Shown here piece after piece: positions 1 through 11,674 of a stretch of 64,000 nt of DNA. The translations under genes and the position numbers were made by a program. Source of the DNA: Emiliania huxleyi CCMP1516 (taxonomy: Eukaryota). The stretch lies in contig NW_005201403.1 in the NCBI RefSeq assembly GCF_000372725.1, positions 263,246 through 327,245 on the forward strand, given 5' to 3'. Numbering within the stretch: the first letter of the stretch is position 1; each line of letters opens with the position of its first letter. The notes below the pieces were generated by a model that did no database searches, had not been told where the DNA came from, and was given only the letters and a program-made list of their open reading frames with translations.

Positions 1-885
1 TGTGGGGCGGTGTGGTTGCGGTGTGGGGCGGTGTGGGTGCGGCGAGGTCTGGGCGAGGGAGTGGGGTGGGCACTCTCTGGCGGTGCTCACACGCCCCCTC
101 GGAACCCCCAACCCCCCGCTCCCACCCCCGCTCTCGACCCGCCCCCGACCCCCTCCCCTCTCGCCCGCCGCCTCGCCTCGCACGTACAGCGCGCGCAGCG
201 GAGGCGCGAGCAGGTGCAATGTGCGGCGCTCGTTCCAGCGCTGGGTGTGTTTCTGCTCGAGGAGGCGCTGCAGCGGGAGCGAGAGGGTGGTGAGCGACGC
301 CAGCTGCGCCTGCAGCCCCTCCAGGAAGGCCCGCTTCTCCGCATTCCGCTCCGCCGCCGCCGTGCGCTCCGCCGCCCTCGCGTCCCGCTCGCCGCAAAGC
401 GACTCGCGCTGCCTCCGCTCGAGCTCGAGGCGGTTGAGGTGGAACTGGTGCGGGTCGGCCGCCTTGGACGTGCCGCGCAGCTCCTCCGGCGCCGCCGCCG
501 CGAATTCGCTCTCGGGCAGCAGCTCGATCCGCGGGCCCGCGTCCTGCCGAAAGTCGCGCAGGTGCGTGATCTCTCGCAGAAAGTGGTTCTTCTCGTACTG
601 CAGATTCTGAAGCTTGAGCTCGGCGGCGTCGACCCCAGCGTTGGCCCGCTGCGTGCCCTCCTTATACTCCCCCACCAGCTCCCACACACGACGGTTGAGC
701 TGCTTGAGCTCGAGCAACGCCAGCCCCGAGCCGGCGACCAGCTCGGCCGCGTCGCTCCCGCCGGCGGCGCCGTCCGCCTTTCTGGCCATCGCCGCGGCCA
801 GCTTGCCGCGAAGCGTCTCTGTGAGAGTCTCGAGCCGCTCCAGCTCCGAACCGCCCTCGGGCGAGGGGTCGGAGCCGGGCGGCAT
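1..885 (-). CDS. THOC5: THO complex subunit 5 (FmiP/THOC5), 5' part; continues past the window edge
   Basis: Manual translation from ATG 885 gives MPPGSDPSPEGG...LLELKQLNRRVW...VDAAELKLQNLQYEKNHFLREITHLRDF...PHQFHLNRLELE, the typical THOC5 N-terminal motif. The exon appears to end near 182, followed by intron-like sequence. Not in the ORF track. Confidence 0.8.
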   Translation of the reverse strand, partial: MPPGSDPSPEGGSELERLETLTETLRGKLAAAMARKADGAAGGSDAAELVAGSGLALLELKQLNRRVWELVGEYKEGTQRANAGVDAAELKLQNLQYEKNHFLREITHLRDFRQDAGPRIELLPESEFAAAAPEELRGTSKAADPHQFHLNRLELERRQRESLCGERDARAAERTAAAERNAEKRAFLEGLQAQLASLTTLSLPLQRLLEQKHTQRWNERRTLHLLAPPLRALYVRGEAAGERGGGRGRVESGGGSGGLGVPRGRVSTARECPPHSLAQTSPHPHRPTPQPHRPT

Positions 886-985
886 GTTGTCTGCGATTTC
901 TTCACTCGTCCACATCTCTGTGCGAGAGAGGGTACACAGGAGACACAGACAGGTCTGGATATTCGCACTAAAGTGCTCAATGGAT

Positions 986-2993
986 GACGAGAGGCGCGAG
1001 CTCCAGAGGCCAGTCTTGTGGACTAGGCCACTCGCGCCCCTCCCGGCCATGCCGGTAGGAGCCGGGGCGGCGCTCGTATAGCAAGGCCCGTGGGGCACTC
1101 GCCACGAGGCTGCTCCCATATTGGCTCGGTGGGTCCACGTATGCTAGGCGGAGGCTGATACGTGGTTAGAGTGCCGCAGAGGTAGGGCTGGGAAGGCTCC
1201 TAGCGGCTCCCGATATCGTCGCGCAGTCCCTCGCGAATGCGTGCGCGCCTGCGCGAGTTGCTGCAGCAGGGCGCCTTCGGCACCGGGTCCCGCAGGTCGC
1301 CGATTGCGCGGTCGATCGCCGCGCGCCGCCGCTTGTCGCCCGTGCTAGGTCGGGGGGCGAAGCGCTCCCAGATCGACTGGAAGGAGCGGGACAGGTCGGC
1401 CGCGAGGTCCGGCCATTCGACGTGTGAGAAGGGCGTGCTGCCCATCTCAATGAGTAGCTCCCGATCCCCCCGGGACGGGAGATCAGCGAGGTTCGCCCCC
1501 GACGCGACGTATTCGAACCAGACGCTGATGTCGAGCGCCAGGCACAGGGTGTGGAAAATGTGGATGAGGCGCGCGCAGTCCGCGTCCTTGCAATCGCCCT
1601 TACCGAGACCGAACAGTGCGCCGGTGTTATCCACAAAGCAGATCACGTCCCTGCCGCGGAACTGGCCTGGTCGGGACAGGATCGCGACGAGCGGCGCCAG
1701 CGTCTCCAACTGCGTGATGTACTGCTCGCGCTTAGCCCATCCGGCGATGATACGGGCCGGGACTTCGATAGACAAGTCGCGCCAGCGAGACTCCGTATCA
1801 AGCGGGTCATATAGCGCGACACCGATCCGGGCCGGCTGTGCCGCCTTGGCCTCGTACATCGCGTCCGTGTAGAGAGCTATCGGCGGGCGCGAGTGGCGGT
1901 CGCCGCAAAAGTGAAACCTGCGCCGGGGGATGCGCGGCAGCAGGAAATAGAGGAAGATCAGTGCCTCCCTAACGACGGCCGCAGTGACGCTCTCGTCGAG
2001 GGCTCCGCTTTGTCCTCCCGCCCCGGTGGCACGGCGGAGGATCCCTATAGCGGCTCTGCCAATGCGCCCGGCGGTTGCTGATGAGCGGACGAACTCCAGC
2101 TTGCCGAAGAAGTGCCTCGCCTCGGCTGACGGTATGCCGTGCTCGAGGTACCGCTCTATGGAGTCAATCAGCTTTGCAATCCTCTCGGGCTTAGATTGCA
2201 TGAACACTATGCCTTGCCGGAACTGAGAAAGGTCCGTGACAACGCCCAGGAACGGGTTAATCTCGCGGGGAGGAACATCCTTTAGGCCCTCCGCGAGCGG
2301 TACGCCAAGCCAGAGATGTAGCTGGCGCAGCACCACTTTGGCCGACGCCGCTGCCCAGTCAGGACCGCATATATCATAGTCGTCGAAGTATGCTCCACAT
2401 GGGATGCCAAAGCATCGACGGGCCAGAGTGGCTATCAGATGGGAGTGCCTAGCGGGTGGCAACTGGGAGCCAGCATGCTCCGAACCGGTCGGCTCGGCTC
2501 GGCCAGCAGGCTCGGCCTCCGTACTCCCAGGCCACGAAGGCGCTGTGGGGTTCTCCTGGAATGCGCTCAGGGCGGCATCCATCTCGGTGTCAGGCAGGGC
2601 ACGGCCTTCTGACACACTGGCGAGAGACACGGAGCTCTCGCCAACTTCTGCGGGCTCGGCCGGCTCGGCTCGGCCAGCAGGCTCGGCCTCCGTACTCCCA
2701 GGCCGCGAAGGCGCTGTGGGGACCTCACGGAATGCGCCCAGGGCGGCATCCATCCCCGTGTCAGACCTCTCTGGCAGAGCTGAAGCGAGGCCAGGAATGT
2801 CGGAGAATGCGAGCAGTGCTGCCTCCGACATTGGGCTGCGCGAGGCGCAGCACAATAGCGGCGCGCGGCGTGGAGCGCGCGCGCCGGCTGGCTGGGTTGT
2901 GCCAGCAGAAGAAAGATCGCTCGTGGCGCGGCGGCGAGGCTCGGGCTCGCTCGCGCGCACGAGAGACCGTCGCCCTTCGGCGAATGAAGTTAG
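986..2993 (-). mobile_element. Internally deleted DIRS/Ngaro-like (tyrosine-recombinase class) retrotransposon with RT C-terminal half and RNase H
   Basis: ORF 1200..2960 has the RT motif AYFDD, then a DIRS-type RNase H (YTDA...ITQLETLA...FVDN...EYVASGANLADLPSR). The RT N-terminal motifs are absent. AATGGAT lies at 979-985 and 2994-3000. Confidence 0.75.
2489..2765. repeat. Internal ~100-bp direct duplication within the retroelement ORF
   Basis: DT(G/E)MDAAL(G/S)AF.E.PTAPS.PGSTEAEPAGRAEP is encoded twice (~2489-2592 and ~2660-2765). Confidence 0.85.
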
Positions 2994-3129
2994 AATGGAT
3001 TACGTAAATCCATATTGGCACATCGATCGCTACCAGTAAAGAAAGTCGTGCCGGGCTAAAGCCCTTACTCGTAGTGTTGCTCTCGAAAAAGAATTTGAGG
3101 ACCGGCCGCGTGCGAAAAAGATTTGTACC

Positions 3130-3982
3130 GGCACGGGCAGAGGAACGAGAGAAGAATATAGGGTGGATAAAGCGCCTGTTCACGGCATGGAGGGTGAGCC
3201 ACACCGAACGTACCGAGCGAAGAGCCGAACGGAAGGAGGACGGGGAAGATGACTCCGAGGAGGACGAACCAGAGAGAGAGATTTTTAGCAATACCAAACA
3301 AATCTAACACTCACACGTCATTTGGGGCCTTGGAGCCCTGTTCACGCGCGCGCGAGACGTGCAGACAGGGTTGCCAGGTGAGAGCGAATGGCGCGGTTCA
3401 CGCCTCGCACAACAGAGAGAGAGATGCGCTCTGCATGGTGGGACATAAAAGAACCAGTGGAAATTCAGTTGTCAGATGTCACGATGCATCCGAAGGGGAC
3501 CCCAGCGCCGGCATCATCCGTAGAGGCACGAGTGTTCGAAGTGAGAGTGGACCTGAGCAACAACATGACCTGGAGGCAAATGATCGGAGTGGGAGTCAGA
3601 AATGTGGTCCTTGCGCGAGGGGAGCTCGATAGACTCGAGGGGCCAGGATATGCAGCAAGGAGGGCGGAGCTGCGCCGAAAGGCGAAAGAAGCCGAGAGAA
3701 CAAGGGAACGGCAGGCGGCGGCGGCGCAGGACGAGGCAGAAGAGAATGACGCGACAGAGGAGGAAGTGACAAGGGAGAGAACGACGAGAGTGGGACGGCC
3801 GCGAGGTGGCATGAAGGTTGCAGCGAGAATCGGCGAGAGACTGCGAAAAGAGATAGGAAGAGGCAGACTCCCTAGGGTGGGCGACGGCTAGCGCATCACA
3901 CTCCTCTCCTTAAAATCCCTGTGTGGTGGCGGCGTGCCGTCCTCCCATCCCTCCCTTGGGTTGTCTGTTTTCTTTCTTTTTT
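3130..3982 (+). mobile_element. 5'-truncated non-LTR-like element (family A: ORF ends RVGDG*, TTTC-rich tail)
   Basis: ORF C-terminus, a 3' UTR and a T-rich tail, with imperfect flanking repeats agatttgtaccggc (3119-3132) and agaattgtacaggc (3983-3996). Homologous pieces occur at ~11675-11970, ~18100-18206 and ~53872-54165. Confidence 0.65.
3273..3450 (-). mobile_element. Short 3'-end copy of CRE-like non-LTR element (family B), nested in family A
   Basis: Near-identical to 29252-29425, with a 7-bp TSD GAACCAG at 3266-3272 and 3451-3457. The empty site is visible in the family A copy at 11893-11899. Confidence 0.9.
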
Positions 3983-4468
3983 AGAATTGTACAGGCTACG
4001 AAATGAGACGATCCGGGGCGTTCTGGATATCTCCGAGAGGGTGGGCACGCGTGTGTCGTGACGGACTGCTCTGGTTTGGAGGCTCCAGCGAGTATTTGTG
4101 GAGAGCGCATCGAGATTCAATCGAGATTGCGGAGCTACGTCGAGGTCAAAACGTGCAGGCGTGAGGCCGCTGGTGCCTCCACCGTCCCTTGGAGACGACC
4201 CCACTGCCCTGGGGCGTCTTGATACGATCAAGGGCGAGCACACGGCGCCCCGGCGCGCGTGCCCACGAAACGGTGGCACAAGGGAGGGTTTTCACTCAAA
4301 AATCTCCCACCCCGCGCCCTGCTCGTGCGGGGGCGGGGAAATGCAAATGCCGACCGGGCGCCCAGGTGTGGGATCCGTTTAGCGTTTTGCCCCGTGTCGT
4401 ATGGCTCGTGCACTTTTGATAATAACTAACAAGGAAGACTGGCTGCTGTGTGTTGGCGCGGCATCGGA

Positions 4469-5092
4469 TCAATCGCTGTCATCGCTCAGAGCAGGCCCCG
4501 CCCGGGGCGCCGCCACCGCCTTCCCTTTGCCCTTTCCCACGCGCGGCGCCTCCTCCATCGAAGCGCCAGCTCCATGTAGCACCGCCTCCAGGTCAGTGCG
4601 GGCATCCGCGTGGAGGGCAACGACCTCTTCCACGAGCTCCAAGCCAGCGGCACATTCGCCGGTCGAGGTCTCGGCGGGCTCCTCGTCTTCGCCTCCGTCC
4701 ACGCCCTCTTCCTCCTCGTCCTCGCCGCTATCGCCGCTGTCATCGGCTTCGCTGTCATCCTCGCCGCTGTCTGACGGCTCGTACTCGCCGTCTTCGCCAT
4801 CGTCCTCCTCCTCGTCCTCCTCCTCGTCGGCCTGTAGCCCCGAGGACGAGGCGGCGATCCGCTGTCGTTTTGGACTCGCGCCGCGGGCCGGATCGCTCTC
4901 CTCCACAGTGCTCCCCAAGCCGTTGGCGCCGATCGCGACGCTTGCGGCCTCGTCGTTTTGCGCCTCAGCCGACATATACACCTCGTGGCTGGCTTGGTGC
5001 CGCGGGCGTGGCGCCCGCACTTTCCTTCTCTCATTTGGTTTCACAACGCGTTTGTGTAAGAGATAAGGCGTCCCGGTGTGAACGTGTTCCAC
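4469..5092 (-). CDS. Acidic low-complexity ORF of unknown function, possibly element-derived
   Basis: 207-aa ORF with a long D/E tract and no recognisable domain. Confidence 0.3.
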   Translation of the reverse strand: MEHVHTGTPYLLHKRVVKPNERRKVRAPRPRHQASHEVYMSAEAQNDEAASVAIGANGLGSTVEESDPARGASPKRQRIAASSSGLQADEEEDEEEDDGEDGEYEPSDSGEDDSEADDSGDSGEDEEEEGVDGGEDEEPAETSTGECAAGLELVEEVVALHADARTDLEAVLHGAGASMEEAPRVGKGKGKAVAAPRAGPALSDDSD

Positions 5093-5224
5093 CCCTCACC
5101 CGTGTGCGTGTCTCTCAATGAGAGAGGAGCCACCTCCCTTCCTCCTGTGTCCGTGTCTGTCCCGCGCACATTGTCATGGAAGGTGGAGCGCGCACATTGT
5201 AGCGACGTCATAGTTAGTCCTTTA

Positions 5225-5802
5225 CCTCCTCCTGCGAAAGTTATTTAGGACCACCCCAGTTCCGGATATCGGCGAACGATTGGACGGTGCCACCAACTGA
5301 GCCAAATGGAGCCATGTAATGTAGGACCTCACTCCCAGAAGCTTGGAGCTTCAGGCCGCGACCACGTGGCTAGGTGGACACTAAAGTGCCATTTTGGCGC
5401 CAAATCTTGGCGCGAAATGACACGTGGCTTGGCGGGAGTGTGGTGTGTCTGCGCTGCTCGACAGCGCTGCTGTTGAGCGCCAGCTGCTGCTCCCTTCAGC
5501 CAGACGGCCGGGCCTGCGCAGCACGAGCGCTGGCCTTCCTCCTGCACCACAGGAGCGCGCCAAGGCGCGCGTCTGGGCAAGCAGTGCGTCTCATCGCGAT
5601 GCGAGAGTCGACGCTGTGACGCCGCCACTCGCCGGCTAGAATGACAGTGGCATCATTCGAGTACGCGTCGAGCTGTGCGTACCAGCACTTGTATGCGAGC
5701 TCATTGTGTCCCTGAGCTGCTGTGGGGTGCGTGGGCTCAGCTGCGGAGCACGTACTGGGCGGCGGTAGGGGGGTGGTCCTAAATAACTTTCGCAGGAGGA
5801 GG
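5225..5802. mobile_element. MITE with 33-bp TIRs and TA target duplication (Tc1/mariner-type)
   Basis: CCTCCTCCTGCGAAAGTTATTTAGGACCACCCC (5225-5257) has its exact reverse complement at 5770-5802. TA lies at 5223-5224 and 5803-5804. Confidence 0.9.
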
Positions 5803-5822
5803 TACTCTTTACGATTTCCGAC

Positions 5823-6272
5823 ATGGTTCCTTCGCGTGAGATCATCGACGACACTGCGGTCGTCAACGACGGCACGGCGGCCGTCAACCAGCGCACGACG
5901 AGCTACTGCGAGCCCGTCGTGGAGTCCACCGTCCGCTCGATACGGTCGGTGAACACCAAGGATGTCTCGGACGGCAAAGCGACGCCAACCGAGGACATCA
6001 AGGTGACTGGCAAGGCTGGAGACCTTGCACTCGGCACTGAGGCCGGCAATGAGACTGAGACCAACGGCACTGAGGCCAGCACTGAGACCAAGCTCAAGGG
6101 CGACTCCATCAACTCGATGACCAACGCCAACATCACCAGCATCGTCGACTTCGGAGGTGGCCCAGCAGCGGGCGAAAGAAGAATTTTCGAATCAAAGAGC
6201 AACCCAATGAGTCCTCGGAGAGGATACCCTGCGTGGGCCCGCGCGAGAAAAGGTGCGAGAAAAGAACTTTAG
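5823..6272 (+). CDS. T/E/N-rich ORF fragment, unknown
   Basis: Coding-like codon usage; no domain recognised. Confidence 0.25.
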   Translation: MVPSREIIDDTAVVNDGTAAVNQRTTSYCEPVVESTVRSIRSVNTKDVSDGKATPTEDIKVTGKAGDLALGTEAGNETETNGTEASTETKLKGDSINSMTNANITSIVDFGGGPAAGERRIFESKSNPMSPRRGYPAWARARKGARKEL

Positions 6273-6379
6273 GACCAAACTCCCTCGCACAACACTAGCA
6301 CGGGACTGGCGCGCACTGGCACTAACACAGGTACACACACAGCTATAGCGTGCGAAAAAAGAATTACCACTGGCACTAG

Positions 6380-7297
6380 GCGGTGGCGGAGGAGCGGCGG
6401 CGGCGAGACAAGCAGCTGGCGGAGCGAAAGGCGCTGGTGGCCAAGCGGACCGAGGCGAAGACCGAGCTCGAGCGGCGCGAAAAGGCCCGGCGCGAGGCCC
6501 TCGCCGCCGCGCAGCGCGACAGCGGTGCCGATGGCGACCGGGCGGGCGTGAGCGAGGCGGACATCGCAGAGGAGCAGGAGAAGATTCGGGCGTACGAGGC
6601 GGCCTTCCGCGAGATCAAGGAGGCCACGGGGGTGTCCGACGTGAGCGAGGTGATTGAGAAGTTCCTCACGCAGGAGACGACGCACAGGAACCTGGAGCAG
6701 ATGACTGCCGAGGCACAGGCCGACATCGACAAGCTCACGGCCAAGAAACGCGAGGCGCACGAGCGCATGCAGCGGCTCAAGTACAGCGCCGAGGCGGGCG
6801 AGGAGCCGCCGCAAGTGGCGTCGCCCGAGCCTGCGGGCCGCACGCACGAGCGGCACCGGCACCGGCACGAGCGGCTGGCCAAGGTGCTCGTCGCGATCAA
6901 GGCGGGGGTCGAGCATCTCGCCGACCGTCTCGATGGGGTCGACATCGAGGAGGCGCGGCTGGCGCTCACAGAGGACAACATGGTGGAGGTGCTCCACCAG
7001 TGCGAGAAGAAGCTGCGGCGGGTGATTGACGCCATTCGAGAGGAGGAGGAGGCGATGGTGCGAGAGATGGGTCAGTCCACTCTCAAGGCGCGGCCGGACA
7101 TGCCGTCGGAGCCGATGGCCGCCAATAATTGCCGCATTGGCGACGTGGATGGCGAGGACGTCGATTCGGAGGAGGAGTACGAGGAGGATCTGGAAGAGGA
7201 GGTATTTGACCGCGACGCTCTCAAAGAGCAGTCGCGAGGCATGCTCGACATGGCGAGCAAAAAGCGGACGAAGAAGAGGAGGGCCAACGGCAACTAG
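6380..7297 (+). CDS. CCDC151/ODAD3-like outer dynein arm docking coiled-coil protein, C-terminal portion only (possible pseudogene)
   Basis: EKIRAYEAAFREIKEATGVSDVSEVIEKFLTQE resembles the conserved CCDC151 segment; acidic tail. No upstream exons found. Confidence 0.65.
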   Translation, partial: AVAEERRRRDKQLAERKALVAKRTEAKTELERREKARREALAAAQRDSGADGDRAGVSEADIAEEQEKIRAYEAAFREIKEATGVSDVSEVIEKFLTQETTHRNLEQMTAEAQADIDKLTAKKREAHERMQRLKYSAEAGEEPPQVASPEPAGRTHERHRHRHERLAKVLVAIKAGVEHLADRLDGVDIEEARLALTEDNMVEVLHQCEKKLRRVIDAIREEEEAMVREMGQSTLKARPDMPSEPMAANNCRIGDVDGEDVDSEEEYEEDLEEEVFDRDALKEQSRGMLDMASKKRTKKRRANGN

Positions 7298-7752
7298 CGC
7301 GTATGGTGTCGGCGTCGCTGGTTTCTAGCTCGTTGGACGCATCAGCCTGGACGGCGAGCTGGATGGAGAGGAGGGCGGGAGATCTGTTATAAAGGGTGTT
7401 CATTATCAACCCCGATCCGCCGCACATCTCGTGCACTCCTTGAGCGGTCTCGCGCGCCGGCGCGCCCCCGTCTCAGCTCTCACTCTCAGCTCTCACCCCG
7501 GCGTGCAGGGCCGAGATAATAGGTTATAGCTTATTGCGCGCCGAGCGGGGGTCTCCGGTTTTTTTGCGTAATGCGAGAAATGTGAGTTGTGAGTGTCAGT
7601 GGTGTGTGATCTTATGCAGGGCATCTTATCGTTCACAGCGCCCCCCCAACAACAAGCAGCGGACATGCAGGGTACGGCTAACTAACATGCGCACGTCACA
7701 CCAGGTTCGCCTCGAACAGATTCGCCACGGCTAACGCCACACGCGCGCCACA

Positions 7753-9832
7753 TCACGCTCCCTTGCTCCGTGGCTGGTACTGGAAGAAGGAGAAGGCGGT
7801 GTTTTGGCGGAGCGAGGTCTGCATCGCCTCGTAGAGACGCAGCCCCTCCTCGCGGTACACCTGGATCGGGTCGGTGCCAGAGTACGCCTTGAGGCCCGCA
7901 AAGTCCTTGACGTACCCCATCGCCTTCATGTGCGCCTTCCAGAGCGTGTCCGTCTGCGTCAGCGCGAGGAAGCGGCCGGACTCGACCGCAAGACCCGGCC
8001 GGACGCTGTCCAGCTCGGCTGCCTTGGCGCGCAACGCCTCCTGCACCGCCGCATGCGCGCGCTCCTCGGCGCCGTCGCCCTCGAGGTCGGCGGCGGTGAG
8101 CGGCACCGCGGGGAAGAACTGCTGCAGCTTGGCGAGGGTCGCCTCTGCGCCCGACGCATCCAGGTTGCTCTTCAGGATGTCGGAGGCGGTGCCGGCCGCG
8201 TGGGCGGCGAGGGTGTCGAGCACCTCGTCGGCCGAGCCGCGCAGCACCGCGGCGCGGGTCCGGTAGGTGTCCTCCCTCTGGACGGCGAGCACCTGGGGGG
8301 GTGGGGGTGGTGGGGGTGGGGGCAGCGGGTGGGGGGGGGAGGGCGCAGCGCGGGGGGGGGGGGGGGGTTGCAGCGGCGCCTCGTCGAACTCGAAAAGCTT
8401 CTGGCGGAGCTCGTAGTAGTAGCGCTCGACCTTGGCCTGCGTCTCCTCCACCACCCGCTGCACCTGCCCCGACTCGAGCGGCTGGTCCTCGGAGATGCGC
8501 ATGAAGTCGAGCAGCCCCTTGATCTTGTCGCCGCCGAAGAGGCGGAAGATGCGGTCCTCGAGCGAGAGGAAGAAGTGCGTCGAGCCCGGGTCGCCCTGCC
8601 GGCCCGCGCGGCCGCGCAGCTGACCGTCGATCCGGCGCGAGTCGTGCAAGTTCGTGCCGATGACGTGCAGCCCTCCCGCCTGCAGCACCCGCTCCTTCTC
8701 CGGCGCGAGCTCCTCGGCGAACTCTTCGCCGACCGCCTCGAGCGCCTCGCGCGCCTCGTCCTCGACCGACTCCTCGAACACCGCCGCCGATGAGGCCGCC
8801 ACCGCGAGCAGCTCGTCCAGCGCCTAGGCGGAGAGGACCCACGCGACGCTCAGGGAAGCCTCCACGAAAGTGCCACGGCGAGCAGCCCTCGTCCGGCGCC
8901 GCGAGCTCCGCCCGCTCGTGACCCTCGGCGTCGTCGTCCGCCGCCGCCGCCGCGCGCGACTGGGCGAAGCGCGCCGCCGCGCGGCCGACAGCGGCCTCCG
9001 CCTCCTCCGACACAGCGCGCGGGAAGAAGCCGTCGCGAGGCGGCGTGACGCCGGACAGGCCGGCGGCGGCGGCGAAGGCGGTGCGCAGGTAGAGGCGGGC
9101 CATGAAGGCGGGGTTGCCGCCGAGCAGGATGTCGGTGCCGCGCCCAGCCATGTTTGTCGAGATAGTGACGGAGCCCTCGCGGCCGGCCTGGGCGACCACC
9201 TCCGCCTCGCGCTGCGCCGCCTCGGGCGCCGCGGAGAGGACCTGCGGGGGGGGGGGGGGAATCCGGAAAAGGGGGGGGGGGGAGGTGGAGGAGCAGGGGA
9301 GGAGGAGGGAGGGGGGAGCGGAGGAGGAGAGGTGGGGAGACGGGAGGAGACGGGAAGCGGAGGGGAGAGTGGGAGGAGGCGAGGCGAGGGTTGCGAGTCT
9401 CGCCTCGTGCTTGACGCCGAGCTCGGTCAGCTTGTCCGAGAAGACCTGAGACGCCTCGACCGACGTGGTCCCAACCAGAATCGGCCGGCCGCTCCTCCGC
9501 AGCGAGAGCAGCTCGGCGAGCGCCGCGTTGGACTTCCCGCGCGTCGTCTTGAAGACCTGCGGCCGCGGCTCCGGCCAAGCGCTCAGGAGCTAGCTGCCCG
9601 GCAGGGTCTAGAAAAGGGTCCGGGTTCGGGAGTCACAGAGTCTGGGATGTCGGAGCGCAGCGACGGGAGGACGGGCGGCACGTCGACCACGTCGAGGCCG
9701 TAGATGGTCGCGAACTCCTCTGCCTCGGAGAGGGCGGTGCCCGACATGGAGGAGAGCTTGCGGAAGCGGCGGAAGAGCGACTGGTAGGTGACAGACGCGA
9801 CCACCTCCGTCTCCGGCTGCACCGTCAGCCCC

Positions 9833-9864
<32 letters not shown>

Positions 9865-11593
9865 GCCCCACCGGCGCCCCTCCATCACGCGGCCGGAGAA
9901 CTCGTCGATGATGACCGCCTCGCCGCCCTGCACGAGGTAGGACCGCTCCTTGACGAAGAGCTCCTTCGCCTTGAGGGCGTTCGACACGTACGACGCCCAC
10001 GGGTTGGTCGGCTCGTACAGGTCGCCCACCGCGAGCGCCTGTGAACAGCTCACGCCGTGAAGAGGCGAAGTGCGCAGCGGTGGTCGCGCCTCCCGCCGCG
10101 AGAACCTTTTCGCAATCGCGCGTGCCCTTGTCGGTCAGCGAGACCGTCTGCTCCTTCTCGAAAACGTCGTAGTGAATCCCGCGCTCGAGCACCGCCGCCA
10201 GCTTGCTCGCCGCGCCTAGTCGGTGACCACACCGCCCTGTGCGAGCGAGGACAGCAGATGCACGCCGCCGCCCGCTCGCCGCGCCGAACTTGTCGACCGG
10301 AGCGTCCGTCTTGCCGGAGATGATGAGGGGCACGCGCGCCTGCAGATAGGGGGAGATAGGGGGAGATAGGAGGAGATGAGGAGCGGCACGCGCGCCCGGA
10401 GATGCAGCCGAGATGAGCCGAGAGGTAGCCGAAGTTCGTCTTGCCGGAGATGGCGAGCGGCGCGCGCGCCTCGTCGATCAGCACCGAGTCGCCCTCGTCA
10501 ACAACGCAGTAGTTGAGCTCGCGCCGAAGCACCACCTGAGCCATGCAGCGGCTCCCCGCCCCCCGTGTGAGTGAGCAGTGGTGTAGCAGCAGCACAACCC
10601 CGCAGCGCGCGCGCCTCCTCCGCAGTCACGGCCAGGTTGTCGCGGAGATAGTCGAAGCCTACAGACAAAGCAATGCGGCCTCCGGAAACAAGAACTGTGA
10701 CAAGGCGGGGTTGTCGCGGAGGCAGTCGAGGCCGAGCTCTGAGTTGGTCACATACGTCACGTCGCTCGCGTACGCCTCCCGCCGCGCCGCCGTGTCGGAG
10801 CCGGACTGGACGAGGCCGACACTCAGCCCGAGGAAGGCGTACACCTGCCGTGCGGTCGGGACGGGCCGTGAGCAGCAGGACGGCAGGAGGAGGAGGAGCG
10901 GAGGAGGCGGAGCAGCGCGCGCTCGAGGAGCAGAGTGGAGGAGCAGGGGCAGGGGGGGGGGGGGCGGACCTGGCCCATCCCCTCGGCGTCGCGCCGGGCG
11001 AGGTAGTCGTTGACCGTCACCACCATCGCGCCCTTCCCGCTTAGCGCGTTGAGGTACACCGCCCCAGTCGCCACCAAGGTCTTTCCCTCGCCGGTGCCCA
11101 TCTGCGCCAGCTTGCCGTCGTTCAGCGCCATCGCGCCGACGAGCTGCACGTCGTAGTGGCGGAGGTCGAGCGTGCGCCAGGCAGCCTCGCGCACCACAGC
11201 GAACGCCTCCTCGAGCAGCTCCTCCTCCGTCTCGCCCGCCGCGAGCCGCTTCCGGAACTCGGCCGTCTTGGCGGCCAGCGCCTCGTCCTCGAGCGCCTCA
11301 ATCTCGTCCTCGAGGTCGTTGATGCGAGCGACCCGCTCGGTGTACGCCATCACCGTCCGATCGTTTGCCGCCGTGAAGGCGGCCGTCTTTGGGTCACTTT
11401 TGCTGTCGCTCGCCTGCTCGCCGCCACCGCGGATGGCCTCGCTCACCTGGTCGAGCACGCCCATCGCCGCGCTCGCCGTGCGCGTGGGCGACGCCACGGC
11501 AGGACGCTGGTGCGTGCACACGCGCACGGCGGGTGCTAGCGGCAGGTAGGCGGTGGACCCGCCGACGAGCAGCGACGCCAGCGCGGCCAGCAT
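7753..11593 (-). CDS. secA: Nucleus-encoded plastid-targeted preprotein translocase SecA (multi-exon)
   Basis: Motifs [79 protein letters not shown] and [20 protein letters not shown]-terminal signal and transit-like leader [21 protein letters not shown]. Confidence 0.95.
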
Positions 11594-11674
11594 TCTGCCT
11601 AGAGACGATTCAGTGAAAACGCAAGTACAGCAAAAGAATTCATTGGTGCAAGGAAAGAAAGAGAGGGGGGCTCG

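Noticed and set aside
10..987. Long plus-strand ORFs here and similar antisense ORFs elsewhere (e.g. 32181..33842, 43762..44892)
   Set aside because: These are shadow frames of real genes in high-GC DNA, with R/A/P-rich translations and no motifs.
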